Under the pieces are notes generated by a model that saw only the letters and a list, made by a program, of their open reading frames with translations, was not told the origin of the DNA and did not search any database. This document shows positions 22,593 to 34,539 of a stretch of 34,539 bases of DNA, piece after piece. Every line of letters begins with the position of its first letter. Position 1 is the first letter of the stretch. This DNA comes from Octopus bimaculoides (taxonomy: Eukaryota). Both the position numbers and the translations under genes were made by a program. The stretch lies in contig NC_069007.1 in NCBI RefSeq assembly GCF_001194135.2, positions 13,739,508-13,774,046 on the forward strand, given 5' to 3'.

Positions 22593-23269
22593 GCCTGTGT
22601 CTACATTATAAAACTACTGAGTCCATTGCCTCACCCACACCAAACAACAATCAACTGCAAGGACCAAAGTGTTTCAATATTTGGCTAACTTGGCGGTTTT
22701 AAATTTTTCAGTGACAGCAGGGTTGGGGATTTTTGCAAATGTTGTTTAAAAATTTTCTGAGTGAAAAAGCCAGTCCTATAATGAATCTGCTCCCTTTCTT
22801 CATGATGAATGTTAACAAGGTTAGTAGGATTCTTGTGATACCATGGCTTTCAGAACCGGCTGACCAACACCAACACAGTCCAATGTGATACTGACTTTCA
22901 GGAATTTAAGAGTTACTACAGAGAAATAAGTCCTGCGACATTGCAAATACCTTGATTTACAAAAGAGATGAACAAATGTATCCAACAATACATTCATTGA
23001 CGACACTAAGCAGTTGCATGTAAAGAGGACTAATTATCTGGAAGGAAAGTCTCCTTCAAATCTCAGCCAATCGTTTTAGAAAAGAAAAAGATCATGGTCT
23101 GAACAGATCTGATCACTTTCACCATAAGTCTCTTTTTCCATTTCTGACTCAGGGTTAAACAACAGCAACAGGATTAAGGTTCAACATACTGGGATGGGAA
23201 TGGTAAAGAATAACATTAGCAGAGTGTATGTGAACCACACCTGGTCTGCTTTCCATGAGGCCATGTATG

Positions 23270-23304
<35 letters not shown>

Positions 23305-23892
23305 CACTATACATGTGTATGTGTCTATCTAAATATATATATACACACACAATCTCCTGTTGCATAATTGATTCGGTAGGCAAGCAGTCAGTATTGTACT
23401 GGGCAAGACAACAAAAGGACCAGCCTGCTCCTGCCAACAATGTGACCAGCTGGATTCTTGTTTTATTGTCCACGTAGGCCTGCTGTATTGTTACATGTCA
23501 CAACCAATAAACAAGTGAATGAGGACTGCAACCGATGAAATGACTGCAGAGAGTGAGAGGAAGAAAGAGTGTAAAGGAACAGTGAGGGGTGGGGCGCAAG
23601 AGGAAACTTGCGTAACCAGACATTTGTGGAGAGGAAACTTGTGTAAGCAGACTTTGCCAAAAGTTATGCAAAACATGCATACGACTCATACATAGTTGAG
23701 GTGTAAACATGTACGATTCTGCGTTTGTGTAAATCAGCCTAAGTTGTTATGTAATTCTATGTCAGTTCCAATCAAACCATGACCATCTCCATGTATTCTT
23801 TAAGAGTAGTTCCCTCTTCCTTAATTTTATCATTTTTTTCATTAAGGCAGTAGAAAGATTTGACTGCTATTTCTACAAGATCAAGTAGAGAT

Positions 23893-23926
<34 letters not shown>

Positions 23927-24649
23927 ATGCACTGTTCTGTGATGGTAAGATCAAAAAAAAAAGTACTCCATCTGGTGAGAAATAAATATTATTTAATAGA
24001 CATAATACATGTTTTTATGTGCTAATAGTCTTATATGTTGATAAATACCTCAGACATATTCATCAGGCACAAACCACATATCATAAAGAACTAGAAATTG
24101 AATGAGAGAGAGAGACAGACAGAGATAGGCTCTCTGACTTACAGTTTATGTCCTGATCTTAAGTGGTTTGGGCCATTTTGAAAACCCAATGTCAAACCAG
24201 CTCTAAAAATGATTTCTTGGAGAGGTCCCAAGCAAGAAATTTAGGTAGAGGGAGCAGTCAGTTACATTGATGTAACCCTAGTCAGAACTGGAAAAAGGGT
24301 TGTACACATTTTGAATATTTAAAATTTAATGTTCAACATTGGAGGGAGAAAGAAAAGCTTTATGGATGCAGAAACTATCCAATGTGTCCAGCCACTTTCT
24401 TAAAATCAGAGGTGTGATCGAGATCTGGATGTTATTTCTAGCAGGTTGAGCAATAAGCCTCCCTCTTTGATTACGGTGAAGTTACTGGTGCATTAGAACA
24501 TCAGACCCAAGAATTAATATAAAACTAATTAATGAAAGACTCCCTCCTCACTGCATTTTTAATTAAAATTTCAATCAAAATTAAAAATTGAATTTTGATT
24601 AAAAATTTCATTTTCTCTCCGACTGAATTCTATTTCAATTTTTTAGTGA

Positions 24650-24962
24650 CGCTGTCATGGTTGGAGTATTCAGCTCTCAACTCTTACAAGCACAAATTTG
24701 ATTTCCAGCAAAACATTGTGTCCTTGAGCAAGGCACTTTATTTCACGTTGCTCCAGTCCACTCAGCTGGCAAAAATGAGTAGTACCTGAATTTCAAGTGG
24801 CCAACCTTATCACATTCTGTGTCATACAGAATCTCCTTTAGAACAATGTTAAGGGTACACGTGTCTGTGGAGTGCTCAGCCACTTGCACATTAATTTCAC
24901 AAGCAGGCTGCTCTTTTGATCGGATCAATTGGAACCCTCATCATTGGAGCCATTCGAGTGCC
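24650..24962 (+). mobile_element. SINE with a B-like core and family D 3' body
   Basis: ttgtgtccttgagcaaggcactttatttcacgttgctccag core, then gtctgtggagtgctcagccacttgcac body. Confidence 0.75.
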
Positions 24963-25267
24963 AGTTAAATTTCAATTCTTATTTTCTTTAACCCTTTAGC
25001 ATTCAGATTATTTTATCAAGAGTATTGCTTATTTATTTACATTACGGAAATGTACTTGCATAGCAAGTGACCTGATCTAAGATCGTGTGCTGGAACGAAA
25101 ACAATTGCAGCATGGAAGATGTTTATAAGCCATTTAAGAAACACACAAAAACCGTTAGATTCACTTCAACATTTAAATTTGATTTGCCAAAATATTTTCG
25201 TCACTTTGAGACCAAAACTTGTTCACTGAGAAAATTCCGTGCCTTGCTGAATCTCCGAGAACATCAA

Positions 25268-25378
25268 AGGTATGCGTGTCTGTGGAGTGCTCAGCCACTT
25301 GCACGTTTATTTCACAAGCAGGCTGTTCTGTTGATTGGATGAACTGGAATTCTCATTGTCATAACCAATGGAGTGCCA
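25268..25378 (+). mobile_element. Family D 3' body fragment
   Basis: gtgtctgtggagtgctcagccacttgcacgtttatttcacaagcaggctg. Confidence 0.7.
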
Positions 25379-26985
25379 GTACTATAGGCACAAGGCCTGA
25401 AGCGTTTTTTCAGCCAACAATTCTGCCAGCTCACTGCCTTAATAATGATGATGATGATGATGATTTGCAGTGTTTCCATATAAGAAGAAAACATGTGACT
25501 GACTCGTATATCAACTGATGACATTTCTAGTCCAGGTGTGTTTGGTCAAATAACAGCCAACATTCAAACCACCGACCAATTCTGCCTAGATACTGACTTA
25601 GGGAGGGGGGGGAGATAGAGAGAGGGAGAGAGATAGTGAGGGAGAGAGAGAGAGATAGAGAGGGAGAGAGACAGACAGACAGATAGATAGATAGAGAGAG
25701 AGATGGTCGGCTGAAATGGCTGAAGAAACAAGTGTCAACACAGCAACAGCAAAAGCAAATGACATGCATGTTTCTCTCCTCCCACCACCACAATTTAAAG
25801 AGAGAGATAAAAAGAGAGTAGCTAATGTTTAGGGCAAGATACTCTTGTCTAAGTGATTATGGAGTGTGCACGATACCTCTCCATGCAAGGGGGAGGAGTC
25901 AACAAAAATAGTAAAATTTTAGCCCCAGGTCGACCATTCTTCAGCAGACCTGACATCTACCCATGGCCATCACAAAGTGTTTCAAAACTGAAGTCCTTCC
26001 TTGACTTACCAAGGGTGTAATTTCAGATTATGCCTGTGCAGGACTACATCATCTGTGCTATTTGCAGGCGAGTTGGTTGTTATTTCTAGCAGGTCCAGGC
26101 CACCACTCAGTAACAGTAATGAAACTATGACATTTCCGCAATGACATGTTGTTTGAAACAAAAATCTCTCTGCAGCATCCTGTTTCTGTACTTCATGCCT
26201 CGTAGCATTATCTGTATGTATTCTGGTTTTTTAGATTAGATACAATGAATACTGCAAATTCTAATAGTTAAAAGTTTGGCTACAAGAAGGGTGTGTGAGT
26301 CTCTAACCCATGCCAGCATGGAAAACCAGATGTGGAAACAAAGACAACTCACTATCTTTGTTTTGCTTTTCAACCAATTTCCAAGAACACCGAAAATCTC
26401 ATGAGAACTAAGGGTTTTCATTTCCATTATATGATAACCAGCTATCATTTTACACATGCAACAGATATCAACCAGATAACAGCATATAGTGGCAAGGACA
26501 ACCAGTAATGACAGAGCTACCGTTGGCTTGTGTGACAAGTAGCATGTTTAATTCTTGTGTACCAGTCACTATTTCATACTTTATTATAACTGAAAAAACT
26601 GAGGTACGACTTACTGATAAGAAAAAGCTAAAACTGAAGGGCTGAAAGTTTTGTACAAAGATTTAACACTACATTAGGGATGTGACGAACAAATAAATAC
26701 AGTACATATTAACATAGCTACCAATGGCTTTTGTGCTAACTACCGATTGACATGGCTACCATTGGCTGGTGCAACAACTACCTTCAACACAGCTACTATT
26801 GACTTGCATGACAATTATTGCCATATCCATTTCTTATGTGATAATCGTGGTCCCTGACATCAAGTTCAACCCCAATTGTAGATGTAAAAAACTGAAAAAG
26901 GAGCCACCATTCATAAAGGGGGGGGGGGAAGCACCCACAATAAGAAACAAATAGAAAAAATAAGAGAAGCTGCATATAGACTTAC

Positions 26986-27069
26986 CTGATCAAAAAGTTG
27001 TTTGCCTGTGGTGCTGGGCTGGATGGCAAATTCCAGCTCCGCATCCATGGTTTGGACGCGTACATTTAC
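26986..27069 (-). CDS. ERM: ERM (ezrin/radixin/moesin) family exon, FERM F1 lobe start: [28 protein letters not shown]
   Basis: 84 nt, 28 codons, flanked by tttgtcttcag acceptor and gtaagt donor, phase 0/0. Near-identical to the ERM N-terminus (ezrin [28 protein letters not shown], also an 84-nt exon in vertebrates). Confidence 0.97.
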
Positions 27070-27171
27070 CTGAAGACAAAAAATATAATGGGTTAAAAAA
27101 TTGTTAATGAGAAAAATTAAAAGACAGAACAACAAAGTTAGCATCTATTAAAATATATTACATTTTATTAG

Positions 27172-27585
27172 TGGAGGTGCAATGGCCCAGTGGTTAGGGC
27201 AGCAGACTCGCGGTTTCGATTCCCAGACCTGGCATTGTGAGTGTTTATTGAGAGAAAACACCTAAAGTTCCACAAGGCTCTATAGTTCNNNNNNNNNNGG
27301 TTTCGATTCCCAGACCGGGCATTGTGAGTGTTTATTGAGAGAAAACACCTAAAGTTCCACAAGGCTCTATAGTTCTACAACTTTATCTTCCTGTTTCTGT
27401 TGTACCTGTATTTTAAAGGGTCAGCCTTGTCACACTGTGTCATGCTGAATCTCCCCGAGAACTACGTTAAGGGTACTCATGTCTGTGGAGTGCTGAGTCA
27501 CTTGCATGTTAATTTCACGAGCAGGCTGTTCCGTTGATCGGATCAACTGGAACCCTCGACGTCATAACCAACGGAGTGTGCCAGT
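27172..27585 (+). mobile_element. tRNA-derived SINE family D (includes an apparent assembly duplication)
   Basis: ggaggtgcaatggcccagtggttaggg head, ggtttcgattccc B box, 3' body gtctgtggagtgctgagtcacttgca...ggagtg shared with 24650-24962, 25268-25378 and 11645-11775. Confidence 0.8.
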
Positions 27586-27599
27586 GCCACCATTTTATT

Positions 27600-27815
27600 A
27601 ACCTTTTCATTACCATATTTGTTGAAATATAACTACTTTATTTTAATAAATTTTTAAAATAATGAAATTTTTTAATCAAATAACTATCATTAAACTAGTG
27701 TCTGGAACAAATTAACCTGAGATTTTGGAAGGTTTTAATTTAGATTATTTTAAAACTCGAGATCTGTACCACAGAACTAGGGGTGGGTTCATACAGGTTT
27801 GTATCAAAAGGGTTA
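27600..27815. mobile_element. P2 MITE
   Basis: accttttcattaccatatttgttgaaat ... gtatcaaaagggttaa, colinear with the 33271 copy minus its insert. Confidence 0.65.
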
Positions 27816-28344
27816 ACCTCATACCAAGATTATCAAACAGAATTGGAAAAGTCTCAGAAACACTTTCTGACAATCCATGAAAAGGATGCTCTCCCTTCAA
27901 GAGTTCAAGGCATTTATAAATTATAAATAATTTGGTTTCATGACATTTCAAGTTCAAGTCCAATTGTACCTGAGTTTCATCTCTTGAAGAGTTAAGTCCA
28001 ATTCAGTTTACACCAGTCAAAACACAGGACATTATACCAATATATTACTGGTATTGTAGTTTGGCAGAATCATTAAGGATTCAAACTAAATACCTTGTGG
28101 TATTTGTCCTGGCTCTCAACATATGCAATTCAAATCCCATTGAGCTAACTTTGCTTAACTTTACAGAGAAGTGAAATAGTCACCTTAGCTTTTCACCTCT
28201 CCAGAAATCAATAAAATTAATCAAATATTGGGTTTTATTTCATGGTTTCCCCTCCTAGCAAATTTCCAGCATTGTACCTCTATAAGGAAATTTTTATTAT
28301 TATTATTATTATTATTATTACTACTTTTTCTTATTATTATTGAT

Positions 28345-28540
28345 TGGCAGACTTGTTAGCATGCAATGGCAAAATGCTTAGTAGCATTTCGTTTGTCTAT
28401 GTTCAGTGTTCAAATTCAGCCAAGGTTAACTGTCTTTCATCCTTTCGGGGTCAATTAAGTAAGTACCAGCTGAGCACTGGGGTTAATGTAACTGACTTGT
28501 CTTCCCCCCCAAACCTTCTGGCCTTCTGCCAAAATTGAAA
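28345..28540 (+). mobile_element. Family E SINE
   Basis: Colinear with 12322-12530. Confidence 0.7.
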
Positions 28541-29564
28541 CCATCATTAATGTCATTATTACTTGTTGTTGTTATCAGAAATGTCAGCATTTTGGAGAGA
28601 ATGCTTGATTGATATTTCTTCAATCAATTCTGCGAAGATGAAAGATACAACAACTTCACCAGCACTGCATGACAAGATTTGAACTCCTAAAAAAAGGGAT
28701 ATAAAACAAAATAGCATACAGCATTTTGCCTGTGCCCTATCAGTTCATCAACCTGCCACTACTTCCTTCCAATCAATCTTGAAACACAAAAATTTCATTA
28801 AGAATGGTAAACACAATTGTAAACAGCATCATGAATTTTGTAAACAAGTCTTAATGATGCATCTTTATATTTTAGAGAGGCACCACCATTTTAAACTAAT
28901 TACAAATGAAAAACAAAAAAGAATTATACAAGGCAATACATACATATATTAATATATATACATAGATATATATATGTATAATTTTAGGATAAAAACTTTA
29001 TAAGAATTTATCAAGTAGTTAGCATGAAAAAACCTCAATTGAAAATATTATAGAACCAAAGAATATCATTTCTACACAAGAATATAAAAATCAAATTCCA
29101 TTTTTCCTGACATAATTCCAAATACACAAAAATATCTGAAACAGCTCATAGCAATTTCCCCCCTCTAATGTCCTTCCATAGTCATTTGGGAAAAATACTG
29201 TTTATAAATTTGAATTTTTTTTTCCCCTAAAATTAATCGAAATATTGAGGAATTTACTGAGATATATACTCAAAACAGGGGTTAGGAGATAAAAGATTCT
29301 TACATAAAACTTGAGACAAGTTTAAATACACTTTCAAAGAGTCTGGGTTTGTTTGGATCACAAAAGCAGGAGTGACCTCAGGCAGTTTGGTAACATAAAA
29401 AATTAAAATCCGTTTAAAATAGTCCAGCTTTTGTTTTTACAGCTGTCCACTTCAGTACTAAAGCATGCTATGCGCAGAATTCCACAGCTGGCCATAATTG
29501 AAGAAAGACTCTAAACAAGTTGGAACATATTCTACAGGGAAGCATAATTTAGAGGACTCATAAT

Positions 29565-29595
29565 AATAATAATAATGAGAGAGAGAGAGAAAGAG

Positions 29596-29646
<51 letters not shown>
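29565..29646. repeat. (TAA)n(GA)n microsatellite running into a gap
   Basis: Seen directly. Confidence 0.95.
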
Positions 29647-30189
29647 NNNNNNNNNNNNNNNNNNNNNNNNNNNNNNNNNNNNNNNNNNNNNNNNNNNNNN
29701 NNNNNNNNNNNNNNNNNNNNNNNNNNNNNNNNNNNNNNNNNNNNNNNNNNNNNNNNNNNNNNNNNNNNNNNNNNNNNNNNNNNNNNNNNNNNNNNNNNNN
29801 NNNNNNNNNNNNNNNNNNNNNNNNNNNNNNNNNNNNNNNNNNNNNNNNNNNNNNNNNNNNNNNNNNNNNNNNNNNNNNNNNNNNNNNNNNNNNNNNNNNN
29901 NNNNNNNNNNNNNNNNNNNNNNNNNNNNNNNNNNNNNNNNNNNNNNNNNNNNNNNNNNNNNNNNNNNNNNNNNNNNNNNNNNNNNNNNNNNNNNNNNNNN
30001 NNNNNNNNNNNNNNNNNNNNNNNNNNNNNNNNNNNNNNNNNNNNNNNNNNNNNNNNNNNNNNNNNNNNNNNNNNNNNNNNNNNNNNNNNNNNNNNNNNNN
30101 NNNNNNNNNNNNNNNNNNNNNNNNNNNNNNNNNNNNNNNNNNNNNNNNNNNNNNNAGTGGGGCATGGCAAAATTTTATTGGACCAAGAT

Positions 30190-30450
30190 TTCAGAATAAG
30201 GTATAAGTGATTAAAACTGTGTGCATGTGTTCTTTCTTGACAATTACAAGATAGTTGTAAACAAGTGTCCCTGTCATACAAGCAGTGTCATTCATTTCCA
30301 ATATTCTGTAAGAACACATCAGGCCATGGGGAAATATTACCTGGCTTGGAAACAGGTATGGGTTGGTAATGAGAAAGGCATCTGGCCACAGAAAGTCTGC
30401 CTCAACAAACTGACCCATGCAAGCATGGACAAAAGCATGTTATGATGATG
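30190..30450 (+). mobile_element. 3' body of the long SINE variant (head possibly in the gap)
   Basis: Reverse orientation of the 8005 body, ending ttatgatgatgat. Confidence 0.7.
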
Positions 30451-30464
30451 ATAAATAAAATCAA

Positions 30465-30645
30465 CATCTAACATCTGTTTTCCATGCTGTCATGGGTTGA
30501 ACAGTTTGACTGGATACAAGCAGCTACAGGGCTGTGTCAAGCTCTCTATATCAGATTTGACATGGTTTCTACAAATGGATACCCTTCCTAAAACTAACCA
30601 CTTTACAAAATGTATTGAGTGCTTCTTACAGGACACTGGCGCAAG
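30465..30645 (-). mobile_element. RTE-type 3' tail fragment
   Basis: ttttccatgctgtcatgggttgaacagtttgac...catggtttctacaaatggatacccttcct matches the 6745 and 20695 tails. Confidence 0.65.
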
Positions 30646-30779
30646 TGCAGAGAAAAGCCCCTTCAACTAGGAGATGGGGGTATATTTGAGAGAGGGTGCT
30701 GAGAGGAGAAGATTCGACTGCTACTTCTAGAATACTAAGCAACTGCAGAGAGGCTCACTTGTTATAACAGTTGCAATCC

Positions 30780-31480
30780 ATATCTGGTTTAGTTTTGTGA
30801 TTGGCAGGAAGACGTTCCACATTGTATCATGCTAGGAGACTCACTGACCACTACGGGACACTAGACTTCAGTCAGAGCAGCCAACAGTGGTGAAGATCTT
30901 CAGCATGAACTTCAGTTCTACGATATCAAAAAGGTTGGAATGGGTGGCACTTCACACTTGCAGTTTGATTCATCTGCTCTGTACAAAACTGATTTAAAAG
31001 TAACAGCTTCAAATTTAAACAGATTTTGATGTGTAAAACCCATTCTATAGAATATAAGACATCTGTAGCCAAAGACCCAGTCTTCAGTAGTGTGAAAAGA
31101 CTGATATCTTATACGGGAAAATCCCAATTTGTTTTTAGGTGGATGGTCAAAAATGGCATCAATATTATAATTAGTCTGGAACGGGGACCACAGAAATATT
31201 AGATATCCAACAAAGACACTTGGGCCCAAAAGTAAGGAGTACCTCAAAGCCAGAAATGTGTTGACAAGGCAAGCCTTGGTTCAGAAACCTAAAGGAAAAA
31301 CTGGTAGAGCACTTATGGATCATCTGACAGAGATCAGCAGAAGAGAAACTGAAAGGGGACAGGAATGGCATGGAACCAAGTAAAAACAAAAGCATCAGAG
31401 AGAATACATCAGAAGATTACCAGAGAAGGTGTGTTTCTTTCGGGAATCCCAACAGGCCATGCTGACATCAGTATACAGCT
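30780..31480 (+). mobile_element. Possible highly decayed Ty3/Gypsy pol relic (RNase H to integrase start)
   Basis: Frameshifted pieces K.FH..Y..RR.LTDH, VKIF...SKRLEWVAL, KDPVFSSVKRLI and LPEK...GHADI occur in the expected order. Hand-aligned and weak. Confidence 0.35.
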
Positions 31481-31595
31481 GATATTCATTTTAATCTACC
31501 ACAAAGGATGAAAAACACTTGGCAGGGTTCAAGTATTGATTAGAAGAGTAGACTAATTTACTTAGACTAGCTACAATTCTATAAACTGGCAGTAC

Positions 31596-31640
<45 letters not shown>

Positions 31641-31695
31641 AATGTATGACAGCTTTTGGGTGGTTTGAAAAGCGATTAACATAACAGATACTTAC

Positions 31696-31712
31696 TTGAC
31701 TCATGGAAAGGA
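31696..31712 (-). CDS. Candidate start-codon micro-exon (TCCTTTCC-ATG AGT CAA = MSQ), in frame with the ERM exon at 27069
   Basis: tgtctcttcag acceptor, CAA|gtaagt donor, phase 0. Based on splice signals only. Confidence 0.3.
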
Positions 31713-31740
31713 CTGAAGAGACAAGTACCGAGATCTAGAG

Positions 31741-31901
31741 CAGTGCTACACAACTGGTATGCTGTGGCACACTGGTGTGCCAGTGTAATCTGAATATAAT
31801 TTTTTTCCCTTATACTTTTAGCTATATTTTAATTTCATACATGCCGCCAGATTTTGAAAAGAAAAGTTTACCGCAAGTGCAAAAAAGGTTGCAGAGCTCT
31901 G
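31741..31901. mobile_element. Small hAT-Charlie-type MITE (161 bp)
   Basis: TIRs CAGTGCTACACAAC / GTTGCAGAGCTCTG (10/14 match); perfect TSD ATCTAGAG at 31733-31740 and 31902-31909. Confidence 0.8.
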
Positions 31902-32289
31902 ATCTAGAGTGACGTCTCAGAAATTTAATAGTAGTAGACAAACCTACATTTTTAAAGAGTAATCAATTTCTTCTTAATTATGTATGCTGAGCAAGCTAAG
32001 TGAATTCAGCAACTTTCTCATGAAGATATAAATGCTAGTTCCATAACAGAAAAGATAGACCAGTTTACTGATGGAACATTCTCCATTGCTTATGACTTAT
32101 CTGGTGACCGTTACTCAGTCTAGCATAACAGACAAAAATACGAAGAGAATTAATCTCTGCGTCTATAGTTAGCCATGTTCCAATATATCTACAATTAAAA
32201 AAAAAAGACACTCCAGTTGTGACTATCCACCTTTCTGTTTATCAGAAACTACATTAGCGAATATTTGTCTTTCAAGATATGGTGTAAAT

Positions 32290-32528
32290 CAGTGCTACTC
32301 AAAGTAGCGGTCCATAAACCATCAGCTGCCAGTGCGTGGCGACTTTCCAGAAAAGAAAGTAACATTATAAAAATGCTTATGTAATATTGTATTATTTACA
32401 AAATAAATATTAGATTAACAAAATTGTCAACTTTCATTATATTCATTGTATATATTATTTCCGGTATAAATTAATATTAGTAAGGAATATTACCGGTCCC
32501 TGGCACATCAGATAGTTTGAGAAGCAGG
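32290..32528. mobile_element. Degenerate hAT-type MITE
   Basis: Starts cagtgctactcaaagt and ends ccggtccctggcacatcagatagtttgagaagcag; no clear TSD. Confidence 0.55.
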
Positions 32529-32956
32529 TTTCGTTGCTGTTTTTAGCATGTTGAGTCACTACCTGAAGCAGTGATCTTCGAATACTAGCCATATCCCAAC
32601 CAAAATATTCTATTATCAGTTGCAGCCAGAGGCTGTGACCATGATGGAGCACCGTCATTAAAGAAAATTATTCTTTCTCCATTTCATTACAAAACGTTGC
32701 ACATCTATATAAATCCTTTCCCACCATGGGATTGGCTTAAGCTTATAACCATTTAAAACCAATTCTATAAAACCAGGAAGTTTATCTAATTCTTTAAATA
32801 TTCACCACCACCACCCATGAGACCCACAAACTTTGAGGTTCCTCAGTCATGAGGGTCAGAGGGGAGGGAGGGCCATTAACATATCAGCTGTTACTAAAAA
32901 CATGGCATCCAATTTATATTTTCCTTGCAGAATAAAGTTTTGTTTGATTTTTTATA

Positions 32957-33223
32957 GGAGTGGCTATGTGGTAAGTAGCTTGCTTAGCAACCACATGGTT
33001 CCGGGTTCAGTCCCACTGCATGGGACCTTGGGCAAGTGTCTTCTACTATAGCCTCGGGCTGACCAAAGGTGTGTTTACGTCCCCGTAACTTAGTGGTTCG
33101 CCAAAAGAGACCGATGGAATAAGTACTAGGCTTACAAAGAATAAATCCTGGGGTCAATTTGCTCGACTAAAGGCGGTGCTCCAGCGTGGCCGCAGTCAAA
33201 CGACTGAAACAAGTAAAAGAGTA
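32957..33223 (+). mobile_element. Family A SINE with an internal deletion
   Basis: Head ggagtggctatgtggtaagtagc; the segment between ccaaag and gtgtgtttacg that is present in the 553 and 4218 copies is missing; tail gactgaaacaagtaaaagag. Confidence 0.85.
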
Positions 33224-33270
33224 ACAGTTCAAATCTAAAAGAAAAAACCCCATTTTAAAACCACAGTTAA

Positions 33271-33632
33271 CCCTTTTGTTACCAAATTTCTGTTGACATA
33301 TTGCTGCCTTTGTTTCAAGTAATTTAAAAAATAATGAAGAATTTAGTTCATTTTTGTATGTGGTTTGCAAGATTCTTTTTGTGAATTTGTGTGTTGGAAC
33401 AAATTTTGTCTAGGGAGAGTCAATTTAACCCAGTTGACTGATAACAAATAAGTGGAACTGAACACTCTCCCTAGACACAACAAAAAGAATTTAGTAAAAT
33501 AACTCATTATTAAGCAGGGGCCTGGAACAATTTAGCATAAAATCTTGACATGATTAGAATTCAGGCCACTTTAAAACATTAAGTTTATCATAGAACTTAG
33601 GGGTGGTTTCAGATGGGTGGGTATCAAGAACG
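33271..33632. mobile_element. piggyBac-type MITE family P2, with a nested 137-bp insert
   Basis: TTAA-CCCTTTTGTTACC ... gtatcaagaacg-TTAA, sharing its TTAA with the P1 copy; a second P2 copy lies at ~27600-27815. Confidence 0.7.
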
Positions 33633-33636
33633 TTAA

Positions 33637-33869
33637 CCCTTTAGCATTTAAACGAGCCAAATCTAGTCAAAATATTCTACCTGTTTTATGTTCAAACTAA
33701 CCAGATCCAGCCTCTTACACTGACTGACCCTACAAGGTCATTCTTCTAATAAATAAAACAATAAAACTATTACCATCAAAATCTCAAAGCTATGAGATAA
33801 TGCATGATTAATACAAAACAACGTGAATAAATATGTTACATTTAAGAAAGAAACTTGAATGTTAAAGGG
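33637..33869. mobile_element. piggyBac-type MITE family P1, complete
   Basis: TTAA-CCCTTTAGCATT ... AATGTTAAAGGG-tcaa; CCC termini with a TTAA target are piggyBac hallmarks. Confidence 0.8.
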
Positions 33870-34539
33870 TCAAAAGAAAAGAGAAACAAGAAGAAATAAT
33901 TTACACAATGAAGCAAACAGTAAGTTTACAAGATGGTTTTCTTTCTGTCTCTTCTTTTTTATCTGCAGGCAACAACAACGACAACAGGAAAAATAGCAAT
34001 AATAATAACAACAAAAATAGCGGCAAGTAATACAACTAGCAGACATATCTTGCAAGACGAGAGGATAGAGTGGGGAAAATATATATTGATCATCTAAAAG
34101 GAATGAGGTAAGTGGAGGAGTTTGATAATTCAAAGAACGAAAACAATGACTAAATTCTTTGTGCATTCTATGAGGAGGGTTTGAGGGTGGGGAAATTTTT
34201 ATTTTTTTTTCCCCATACATTTTCTGCTGCTCAATGTGCAATGTATCCTGACCTTAGTATGACCTTTGAAGACATCCCAGGGGACAGCTTGAGACACAAA
34301 GCTATCAATAGCATCTAAAATCTGGGTTTTTTTTGGTTTTTTTTTTTTTGAAAAATAAAGAAAATAAAAAGTTTAAGATTTTGGGGTATCTTTCTTTAAA
34401 AAAGAACAAAAACAAGAAACAAAATATATAAAAGGAAATTTTAAACTTTAAAATAAAATTTGAGAAAGCGTCTGGTTTATAACAGTAAACCATGTTTGTG
34501 TTGGTCGTAATAATATATAATGGAGACTGAAGAATGTTA

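Noticed and set aside
27212-27375. 77-bp direct repeat of the SINE head on both sides of a 10-N gap
   Set aside because: One mismatch and a nominal 10-N spacer: typical of unmerged overlapping contigs or haplotypes, not a biological duplication.
886-30281. Long ORFs of 100-320 aa in the track (e.g. 4829-5788, 29532-30281, 929-1621)
   Set aside because: They are open only because they span N runs and microsatellites.
1-34539. CRISPR arrays, operons or prokaryotic defence systems
   Set aside because: The sequence is spliced eukaryotic DNA; no regularly spaced repeat-spacer arrays are seen.

Overview
AT-rich, microsatellite- and transposon-dense eukaryotic genomic DNA with 7 assembly gaps. The repeat families resemble those I recall from Octopus, so a cephalopod source is likely (inference). 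The whole window lies within or across the 5' half of a minus-strand ERM (ezrin/radixin/moesin) gene. Three intact phase-0 FERM-domain exons are clear: 27069-26986, 16666-16571 and 9027-8923. A fourth ERM-like exon (4686-4579) looks degenerate and is cut off by a SINE fragment. No canonical MPK-type first exon is visible, but there is a candidate ATG micro-exon at 31712-31696. The introns hold tRNA-derived SINEs of several families, decayed RTE-clade LINE 3' ends, TTAA/piggyBac-type and hAT-Charlie-type MITEs (several nested, with intact target-site duplications), a 5S rRNA pseudogene fused to a SINE, and a weak Gypsy-like relic. Almost all ORFs in the supplied track are spurious (N-runs, microsatellites, SINEs). 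I see no convincing new biological system. The most notable items are the decayed ERM exon, the 5S-SINE chimera, the nested DNA transposons and the SINE/RTE shared tail.
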